Source: Azolla caroliniana (Eukaryota > Plantae > Polypodiophyta). From it: a stretch of 64,000 nucleotides of DNA. Under the pieces are notes generated by a model, which did not search any database, was not told the DNA's origin, and was given only the letters and a program-made list of their open reading frames with translations. The position numbers and the translations under genes are program-made. This document shows positions 23,920 to 34,200 of this stretch, one piece after another (position 1 is the first letter of the stretch; each line of letters starts with the position of its first letter). The stretch covers positions 8,742,001-8,806,000 of the forward strand of contig JBHGNT010000011.1 in the NCBI GenBank assembly GCA_043228905.1, in the 5' to 3' direction.

Positions 23920-24697
23920 AGTTTTTTTTTCCAAACAAGATATCCTTCCATTAGTTTTAAAAAGCGTATCTGCTACAAAATACAACCAATAGGTCAGTGA
24001 TGCTGCTTCCAGCAACACGTTTGTTACAAAAAAACTTCAAAAGCTTCCTTTAGAGCCTTGTGAAAGAGGGAATGATGTACAAAGCATTACTCACCTATTG
24101 CAGATATTTATTCTGCAATTCAAACACATTCTGTACAATTGCTTGGTCTAATCCTGAATGCATGACATCTTGAATGGTTCTTTTCCAATAGCTATTTTGG
24201 AGGTAAATTGACCTCCACACTGTTGCTTCAGCTTTGCTTCATGATCATCATTTGCACTCTTGTCAAATAGAAACCTCCGATCACGCTTCTTCCTTTAGAA
24301 ATCTGCAAACAGATCCTTATGACTTATGTATGCAAGAAGATTAACAACCTTTTCAAGTGTTTCCAAATCATCCGAAAAGTTGAAACAACCATCTAATGAA
24401 GTGAGATTTGTACACACAGTTAAATCACCCAGAAAGTTCACTACATGAGGTTTTGTATTCTCCTTCTCAAAGAATATGAAAGTGACCACATTTGGCATTA
24501 CACGTTCATGCTGCAATTCAATAAAAAGATGAAATGCTTCCTCTTCTTCCCCTTGATTGTTGCTGCAATATGCTTCACTTAAAGTATTCCATGAGACTAC
24601 AATCATCTCACACATATCTTCAAATGTCGATGGAGTTTCTTCCAAAGCACCACCTTTGCCATACATATCAATGAGTAAAGTACTGACCATAATATCT
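23920..24697 (-). pseudogene. Nuclear PLS-type PPR gene fragment inserted in the trnL intron
   Basis: DIMVSTLLIDMYGKGGALEE...FEDM....VVSWNTL..AY....QGEE..AFHLF.ELQHERVMPNVVTF. Flanked by a 9-bp direct repeat TTTCTACCA (23911-23919 and 24698-24706). Confidence 0.7.
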
Positions 24698-24765
24698 TTT
24701 CTACCATGATTTGGATTGTTACGCTCGCCGAACATGTAGAATGGGACTCTATCTTTATTCACGAA
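24698..24765 (-). pseudogene. trnL: Plastid trnL(UAA) group I intron, 3' conserved core fragment (NUPT)
   Basis: Minus strand reads GAATAAAGATAGAGTCCCATTCTACATGT...AACAATCCAAATCATGGTAGAAA. Confidence 0.75.
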
Positions 24766-24790
24766 AAAGCTATCAATTGCTAATACTTGA

Positions 24791-24985
<195 letters not shown>

Positions 24986-25547
24986 TTCGTTTCCATCACG
25001 AAACATTAGCATTTGGGATCTTTACTTACGACCGATCCTCCCCAGATACCCCAACTTCCATGGAATCTGTACTAAACATTTTCCTTTTTCAGAAAGGGGG
25101 GGGGGGGGATTCCACGAGGAATCGTTACTTCACCCATTGAATGACTATACCTATTTCTATGAATCTCTTAGGAACTTCACTCCTACATGACAACAAGAGA
25201 TTCTATAAGTTCTTCTTTTCATTAATTGTATTAAGCAGTCGGATTAGTTGCTCAAATCAAAGTATAAGCGGGTTCTTTTTTAGTTAGACATTTGTTTTGC
25301 TAGTTTTCCCTCTCCGATGGATTACCCCGCTTCGGGTTAGACTAGATGTTACAAAAAAAAGGTATATATATATACGTAACGACTTCATTTTTGGAGTCCA
25401 CATACGGATTCTCTAAGATGTTGGGATAACTACTGCTGCATCTCCCAATAAAGAAATCCCTTTTGATTCTTGGAATGAAATTGCTTCTAGCACAATCCCA
25501 TATAAGTGAGTTAGAGTGTTCTAGAAGCTTTGGTGTATTCGCTTCAT

Positions 25548-25609
25548 ATGGCGGCTCAAGATCAGCCTCATGAAAAACTTCTATTTCCCGAGGAGGTCTT
25601 ACCTAGTGG
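25548..25609 (+). pseudogene. psbD: Plastid psbD 3' fragment (NUPT)
   Basis: MAAQDQPHEKLLFPEEVLP, joined to psbC through a deletion at a GTGG microhomology. Confidence 0.8.
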
Positions 25610-26130
25610 GCCGACAATGCTCGACTTATCAATTTGTCTGGTAAATTGCTTGGTGCTCACGTGGCTCACGCCAGATTGATCGTATTTTGGGTCGGAGCAA
25701 TGAATTTATTTGAAGTGGCTCACTTCGTTTCAGAAAAGCCTATGTATGAACAAGGTTTAATATTACTTCCTCACCTAGCCAGCCTCGGCTGGGGGGTAGG
25801 TCCCGGTGGAGAAGTCATAGACACATTCCCATACTTTGTTTCCGGAGTACTTCATTTGATTTCTTCCATAGTTTTAGGTTTTGGGGGTATCTACCACGCT
25901 CTCATCGGGCCCGAAACTCTAGAAGAATCCTTTCCATTCTTTGGCTATGTTTGGAAAGGCAAAAACAAGATGAGCACAATTCTAGGTATCCATCTAATAC
26001 TACTGGGTCACGGTGCCTTCTTATTGGTGTTCAAAGCACTCTATTTCGGAGGTTTGTATGATACATGGGCAGCCGGGGGCGGGGATGTGAGAAAGATTAC
26101 CGATCCTACCCTAAGTCCAAGTGTAATCTT
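25608..26130 (+). pseudogene. psbC: Plastid psbC (CP43) 5'-half fragment (NUPT)
   Basis: [19 protein letters not shown]...[25 protein letters not shown]...[17 protein letters not shown], then an abrupt switch to unrelated sequence. Confidence 0.93.
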
Positions 26131-26821
26131 GTACCAAAGTCAAAATAAAATACCCCAACGAGATTTCGAATTGAAAAGGATTAAGTATAGTGAAATTATA
26201 TTGTATGATAAAAAAGGATATTTTTTCGGTTATGAGAGAGCTTTAGGTAGGTTGAGACAAAGATATATTAAAAAATTGGAAGACCGATTGGATATTCTCT
26301 CGTTACGTGAGCACTTTTTGGAATTGGGAATCTCCGACTCGTCCAATCAATATAAAACACAATGGAATCTATCCGATGAACTGACTTGATTCTTGGGGGG
26401 GCGCTTTGTCTGGGATCCCACGTTTCTGTTCTAGCCGGATGGATAAGTTCAGGAAATTACCAAACAAAATATTTGTCCTTTTTTTTAGAGGATTTACAAG
26501 GCTCAACTTTGATGGGGGTGACTGAGTCGTACACCTAGAAAAAAACTCAATTTCGAGTATATTTCTATCTACGCGAATCATGACTATTTGGAACGAAACA
26601 ACCTTTGTAACAGTCTACCAAATCTAGCAAAACCAAGGTTTTTTTTTTGTATACATACTTTAAAAGATTGCTGAAAGTTTTTTTGTACCTTGGTTTTCAA
26701 ATGTGGTTTTCTAGATGGGTGGGTACTTATCTTACGACGAACCAAAAAGGTTTGGTGCAATTAAGAAACTAATATTAAGAATTGGTAAGGTAGAGATAGA
26801 TTCAGAAGCAATCACTTTCTA

Positions 26822-27010
26822 GATTTCTCCCCTCGTTTGCTGGATTGAATCATCAAAAAGAAGATGAGAGAATGCTATAATGTTAATATTAATTGCATTA
26901 AATATTGACTCAAGACACATTAGTGCCCTAACCGTGTTTCGACTCGTGATCAATCCAAAGAAACCAACACAATGGGGATAAGCACCTAAAACTAGTCCGC
27001 GTTTGAGCAT
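26822..27010 (-). pseudogene. ndhE: Plastid ndhE 5' fragment (NUPT)
   Basis: [41 protein letters not shown]...GEI. Overlaps, in inverted orientation, the copy at 23222. Confidence 0.88.
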
Positions 27011-27120
27011 AAATGATCAACTTCCCCCTCCTTCTAAGAATAGTGACAATAGATTCCTTTTTCTTCCTATATAAAATTGTCTTTTCATCGAGTCTGTATT
27101 TATAAAGTCACCATGATTGA

Positions 27121-27282
27121 TCAAGATGGAGAATTATCTTGGGGCGACGATGGAACCTTTTTTTTTATGGCTAACCCATCATTACGAGCCATGGTAATAG
27201 CTCCAACTAGAGCGATTAGGAGTAGTATCGAAAGCGGTTCAAACGGAATGATAAAGGTGGTTAATAGATGGTATCCCGCTTC
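27121..27282 (-). pseudogene. ndhG: Plastid ndhG 3' fragment (NUPT)
   Basis: [31 protein letters not shown], in native ndhG-ndhE order with the spacer. Confidence 0.8.
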
Positions 27283-27305
27283 TTGAGCATTATTCTTCGG
27301 AGTGT

Positions 27306-29545
27306 TGTTGTATGTGGGCTGGACAAGCCACTAACACAGGGTGTCCCTTTGGAACACTTCACCAAAGGGGTGGTACGGTAAGGAATGTGCAGACCGTGAT
27401 ACAGAACCGATCCTTGCCGGTTACTATCCGGAATGATTACTTGATACACGCATATGATAATTACATTAAGCACATAACGGTATTAACAAGATAAACAATA
27501 TGTAAAGCCACAACACTTCTCTATTAATTATCTGTTGTTACTTACATCATCTCCGAATCCTTTTATAGGTATGCGACTGGGTTACAAACCAGTGCCAACT
27601 GGCAACTGGCTACGAACCGGTTCAGATCCAGATCAACATACCGATTTCGGGTCCGTCCGTCCGCTCTTATAATCATAATTGATCTAATTACAACTCCCAA
27701 AAACCAGCTCCCCTTTCATACTCTAGCCTAACCGGCCAACACATGGCACACCCATGGGACAGTACATTGTACGTCGAACCCACAGTTAGCCCCTTCATTC
27801 ATCCTCCAAAATGTCCAAAATGCTTTGGTCCAAGGGTTCCAATGGTTCATCGGGTAGTTGCTCCATCGGCTGCTGCTGTTGCTCCTCCGGTTGTACTAGT
27901 TGTCGTTGTTGTTCTTAGGCTTGCTCTTCCTCTCCGGCTCTACTAGTCTCGGTGCTTGTGGCTACGGCTCCTCCGGCCTTGGCTCCTCCTCCTACTGCAC
28001 ACTGCTATCCACACCTTCTTGCCGTCAACCACCGATTGTATGGCCGCTCGCAAACAATCGGCGATGATTACCGGCCAATCCTCCTTTACCCCTTCGTATG
28101 TGGCGATGATGAATCCAGCTTTGTTCTTTGGCATTGCCGGGGGTTAGGGGTGCACGAACCCATAATCATGGAGCACACAAGCTACTTCTCGGAACAAGGT
28201 GTCGTTGCCGCCCTGTGTCCAGTACGCTTTGTTGGCCAGGGAGTATTCCTCGAAGAACTTCATCAACATCTCTGGGGAAGGATTCTCAATGGAGTAGATC
28301 CCTCCCTCCGACAATCCGATTAAGGCGCGGATGGCCTCCTCCGTGATTACTTCTAGGTCGATCTTCTTCACGACCTTTTCCGCTTCTTCATGTGGAGGTG
28401 CCTCTACTATCCGTAGGAAGCCCTCCAAGCCATGTTGAGTGAATCATTTCATGGCAATCTCGGAAAGCGCCATGGGCGCCAGCGTGTCCTCTGTTTCAGT
28501 GATGGTGAGGAGCTTTGGTGTGCCTGTGGTAGCTTCTGGTGTTCGCCTAATCACATGTATCCGCCTTTGTGTGCTAAGTGCTTAGTGTTCGCGAAATGAG
28601 AGAGACTCTGTTATGCGGAGGTTTTGTGTTCCCATCCTTGCCGCCTTTTCTCGATTCCCATGCATGCACGTCGTGTGCGTTTAATAGTGGTTGTGTGACG
28701 CGTGTTGGGCTTTAAATGACTGACGTCACACCGTTTCGAGGTGTCCGTTCATTTTTTAATGGCCTTCATTTTTTTTTTGCCTGCATGATGGCTTTACTCC
28801 ATGTCTTTACTCCTCGCCCCTACATGATGTTTTTTTTTTTTTTTTTCACACACGTGATATTCTACACCCTTGTATCCGGCAACACTGGATCTGTTGTATG
28901 TTCCTCCTCTTGGTTGCCGACTATCCACTTGCCGTTCCCGAATTTTGCTTCGGCATCCGGTTGTTTGAACGGGTTCCGCAACATTGGTCCGTAATACGGT
29001 TCTAGTCGGAAACCATTTACCCATTTTTTCACGACATCGCTAGCCAGTGTTCCTAGCTGATACGGGCTTTTAAACTCTCGTGTTATCTAGTACGGTCCGG
29101 TCCACCAGAACCGTAGCTTTCCCGACATTTTGCCCATCCGAGTCTGAAATACTGACACTGGCTTGCCGATTTCGAACATGAAATCGTTCCCTTTCTGGTG
29201 CTGGTCGACGAATGCTTTCCATCGTAGTTGTTCGAGTTTTAACTGTAGAATGCTAGCTATCTGGTGTTTTTCTAATTCGCACAATGTCGCTAGTCGGATT
29301 TTTTCCGATTCCTTCTCACTTAACCTTTCTCATACTTGAATTCGCAAACTCAGAATTTGAAACTCTATCGGCATGAAGGCTTCTAATCCGAAAGCTAACT
29401 AGAATGATGTTGTCCGGATACTTGTTTTGTACGTGGTTCGGTAAGCCCACAACACACTCTGCAGCTTCGTGTCCCAATCGATGCGGTTTTCATTGACTAT
29501 TTTCCGGAGGATGTTCTGCAAGGTTTTGTTGGTGGTTCCGTTGCT
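27306..29545 (-). mobile_element. Non-chromoviral Ty3/gypsy 3' remnant (element B): integrase end, ORF2 remnant, 3' LTR
   Basis: LTR ~27306-27741 begins TGTTGGCCGG on the minus strand, like element D's LTR. ORF2 remnant from 28473 (MALSEIAMK*FTQHGLEGFLRIVEAPPH...). Integrase C-terminus (FQTRMGKMSGKLRFWWTGPY). Confidence 0.85.
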
Positions 29546-31206
29546 ATGCATCCCTGCACTATCCTATCGGGCACCTGTCCATTTGGTCCCGTCTGGTCGT
29601 CATTGTCTTTCTGGCCCTTCTGTTGTCTGATTTTGGCCATCCATTCGATGTCTCTTTTTGTTTTGGACGTATTTTGGGCTGTATCTGTCCTGTTCATTCT
29701 GTTCTTTTTCCGTTTCTTCTATCCCAACCATTCCATTGTGTTTATGTGTTTGTCTCGGGTTCCCGTCTATGGCTTTTTGCATCACATCGTCTCGTTCGAC
29801 TTCTCCGTTTCCAGCTATGTCGTGTCAATGTCTTTGTCTTCGTCGAGGTATGCTTGTCGCCTTTGTCGTTGTCTGTCGACCGCCCGTTTCGTTTAGCCGT
29901 TTGTTTGATCCTGTCCGGTCCTTCGTCTTTCTGACCGTGTCTGTCCTGGCTGGCCGTGTCCTTCCGGGTCTTTGTCTCCATCCCTATCCATCACTGTCGT
30001 GTTTTCTGTCTTCGTATGGCCGTGTGTTCGTTTGGCATGTTTGGTCGCCACTTCATCTTTGCAGTCATTTTTTTGGTCGTTGATGTCTGGTGTGTGTCTA
30101 CATCTCCGTCTCCGTCTTCTTCGGCCCTTCGGTGTTAACCTCTTCTTCTTCTTCTTCTTCTTCTTCTGTCATTATTTTCTTCTTGTTCTTTTGCTGTTTC
30201 TTTTAGTTTCTCTTCTATCTTCTTCTTCTTGTTTTTTCTTCTATGCCATTTCTTGTTTTCTTTTCTTTGTTGACCGGTCAGAAGAGCAAGGACAAGTGGG
30301 AAGGCGGAGTCGGATCGGATAATAGGAAGTAAATAATAGTATAATTATTATTCGGAGGGACGGATCCGGATCCGGACCGATTCGGATGCCGGTTGCCTAA
30401 GCGCACCGATTGTAACCTTGCCGGATGCCTATAAAAGGATCCGATGATTTGTAAAGGTTTTGACGGAAGTAATACAAAAGTAATTATTGCGTGTTTATCT
30501 GTATCTTCGTATTGTTTTACCGTCTGTGCTTAATTGTAATCATCTTACGCGTGTAACCTAGCATCCAATCCTTACCACCCCTTTGGAGAAGTGTCGGATA
30601 GACACCTGTATTGACGCTAGTCCGGCCAGGCAGACAACACTATTTTGGCGACCACGATTCCTGCAAAGTGCAGAGGACAACCGGGGGATGGATGTCTAGA
30701 CCAAACGATGACCACATCACCGAACGAGGGATGTTAATCGGCTAATTACTAACTACTACCGATATAGAAGAGTGAACGTCGCTACTCAACGTTCTAACAA
30801 GGAATTGTGTTTTACGAATGGAATTATACTATATTAATCGGTAATTACCGTGATCGTTATTTAGTTATAAATTAGGAAGCTTGCACTTAAGATCATAGAC
30901 AATAGAAGGAACACAGAATTCGTACAAGATACTCCTAACTTAAACTTATATTACTAAATAGAACGACCTTTCTTACAATGCCTTCGGTTCCCTTTTATAG
31001 GTATACCGAAGGTCTTTTCTCATCAAGAACTATTCCTACTTACTATCAAGATTTACAAAATTATCTAACTAACTTAGTTCTCTTCGTTTTACTGCTGAGT
31101 CATTGATCCGAACAGTCGATCCGAACCGACTCTGTTTTCGACGCTTTCCCACTTGTTCGGTAAAACTGACTGTCCGGGTCCGGGTAACACTTGGCACGTC
31201 CGTGGG

Positions 31207-34200
31207 TGTAAAGAATTGACGCTATCAAATCTTTCGCCTCTCGGCCACAACCGAGACAACACGGATCAATGCAGCAGAAAAATAAAAACAAAGACACAGA
31301 GAGATGAATACACAGGGTATAACGTGGAAAACCCTAAACGGGAAAAACCACGGGAGTGCACGACTCCAACTACCACTATACACTGGAACATACAATGGCG
31401 AGCTGCAAGGCGACGACCTTGAGCTCGCTGTCCTCGCCACAGGCGGCGGTATTACACAGAGGCGTCGACCTCTTCGTTTCTCTCTCTCTCTCTCTCTCTC
31501 TCGGCTGCTCTCACTTCGCTCCCTCTAAGTGGAAAAACAGAAAATGAGCAACAACAGTAAAACTGTTTGCCCTAAGTCATATTTATACACATATGACTTT
31601 CGGGCTATTTACAAATATAACCACAAGGGCTCTTGGCAAACATATTCACAAATATGTCCCCGCATCCGGATCTCTCTCACCGGGTACATTCGTCATCCGG
31701 CTCCGTAGCCGGGGTCTTCAGCATCCGGCTCCGTAGCCGGGGTCTTCAGCATCCGGCTCCGTAACCGGGGTCTTCAGCATCCGGCTCCGTAACCGGGGTC
31801 TTCATCATCCTACGGTTCCGTAACAGCCTCCGGGCTTGCCGTCATTCATCTCCGGACATCCCATCCGGAGGGACCGAAATTCCAACAAACTCCCCCTTCA
31901 CTTCGGCATGGGATGTCTCTCCAACCCGATCCTCTTCCGGCATGCTTCCAGCTTGTCGGGTGTGAGCACCTTGGTCAGCATATCCGACCCGTTCTCGTCC
32001 GTGTGGATCTTCGTCAGCACGAACTCCTTGTCTTCTATCCTTTCCCGGATCCAGTGATATCTCCGCTGGATGTGTTTCGTCCGGGAATGGTAGGCCGCGT
32101 TCTTCGCAAGGTGGATTGCACTCTGACTGTCGCAGTAGAGTCGGTACTCCTCCTGCCGGATACCGAGCTCTCTAATGAAGTCCTTCATCCATATTACTTC
32201 CTTGCCGGCTTCAACAGCTGCCATGTACTCCGCCTCCGTGGTTGACAACGCAACCGTCTTCTGCAGCCTCGACTGCCACGAAACGGCTCCCCCTGCATAC
32301 GTCATCACATACCCTGATGTGGACCGGCTGGTATCTGCATCAGCCGACATATCCGAATCGGTGAAGCCGTCGAGTTCGGGCTTACCGGAGCCGAATCGGA
32401 GGCACACATTCGCTGTGCCCTTCAGGTATCGGAGTATCCACTTGACCGCGTTCCAATGCTCTTTGCCGGGATTGCTCATGTACCGGCTCACCACTCCGAC
32501 TGCATATCCTATATCCGGTCTCGTACACACCATGGCGTACATCAAGCTCCCGACGGCTGAGGCATACGGTACTTTCATCATATCCTCCTTTTCAGCTTTT
32601 GTCTTGGGACATTGCTTGCTGGACAGCTTGCAGTTTGCCGGGAGGGTCGATCCGACCGGTCTTGCTTCCGACATGTTGAACCGGTGAAGCATCTTCGTCA
32701 CGTACTTCTCCTGTGACAGCCACAACTGCTTCTTCTTCCGGTCCCGGATGATGTGCATCCCTAGTATTTGCCTCGCCGGACCCAGGTCCTTCATTGAGAA
32801 GGTTCGGTGAAGAGCCTTCTTCAGCATCCGTATCTTTACCTGGTCCCGTCCGACGATCAACATGTCGTCCACGTACAGGAGGAGTATTAGAAAGTCTCCT
32901 CCTTCGAACTTCTTCACAAACACGCAGTGGTCAGACTGCGTTTTGAGGTACCCTTCGTCGGTCATGAAGGAGTCGAACTTCCGGTACCATTGCCGGGGAG
33001 CCTGCTTCAGTCCGTAAAGGCTCTTCTTCAACCGGCATACCAGGTGCTCCTTCCCTTTCTTCTCGAATCCTTCCGGTTGCTGCATGTAGATCTCTTCTTC
33101 GAGGTCACCGTGAAGGAATGCCGTCTTCACGTCCATCTGTTCTACCTCGAGGTCCATGCTTGCCGCTATGCTCAGCACCGTCCGGATGGAGGTCATCTTC
33201 ACTACCGGGGCAAATATCTCGTCGAAGTCGACGCCCTTCTTCTGCTGAAACCCCTTCACCACGATCCGGGCTTTGTATCTCGGGGGGTTTCCGGCATCTC
33301 CCGGTTTCAGCTTGAACACCCACTTGTTTCGAAGTGCCCGCTTTCCTTTCGGCAACTCCACAAGTTCATATGTGTGGTTCTCATGCAGGGAATCCATCTC
33401 GTCCTGCATGGCACTTAACCACCTGCGGCTCTGGGTGTCGTGCTTTGCTTCTTCAAAGCTCTCCGGCTCCCCCTCGTCGGTTAGCAGCACGTGCTCTGGT
33501 TCCGGAAATCTCCGGGGGGCCCTTCTCTCTCTTAGAGGATATCTCCGTTCGGGAGCTTCGGTAACCGGTTCTTCCGATTCTTCTTCTTCATCCGAATCCA
33601 TTTCGGGATCGGGGCCGGTTCCGGTATCATTTTCATCTTCTTCAGCCGGTTCTGTTTCTTCACCGTCTTCGGCCGGGTCTTCGAGTGTTAACCGGTCCCT
33701 TGCCGGTCGGGACTGCTCCTCGTAGAGTTTATCCTCACCGGTCGACTTGGAGCTCTTCATCTTCTTCTCCGACTCCCAGTCGGCGAGCGTCTTGTCCTCC
33801 ATGAAAATGATATCTCGACTCCTGAATATCTTCTTGTCGACCGGGTCCCATACTCGGTAGCCGAACTCGTCGTCGCCGTAACCGAGGAATATGCATGGCC
33901 GGGTCTTTGGATCTAACTTTCCTCTCCGGTCCTTTGCCACATGCACGTATGTGAGACACCCGAACACCTTCAGATGCCGGTAGGACACTTCCTTACCGGT
34001 CCACACTTTCTGCGGCGTGTCTCCGTCCAAAGGTACTGAGGGTGATCTATTTATCACATACGTCGCCGTCGACATTGCCTCAGCCCAAAATCCCTTGGGT
34101 AGTTTCGCATGCGCTAGCATACTCCGGACCCTCTCCATTATGGTCCGGTTCATCCTCTCGGCCAGCCCGTTCAGTTCCGGCGTCTTCGGCACAGTAAACT

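Noticed and set aside
25634-26389. 251-aa ORF as a functional psbC or novel fusion gene
   Set aside because: It lacks the psbC start and 3' half, has substitutions at conserved residues, and runs by chance into an unrelated fragment of the mosaic.
29546-30267. ORFs in the pyrimidine/GT-rich segment
   Set aside because: Low-complexity sequence, probably a non-coding spacer of another gypsy remnant; no domain support.
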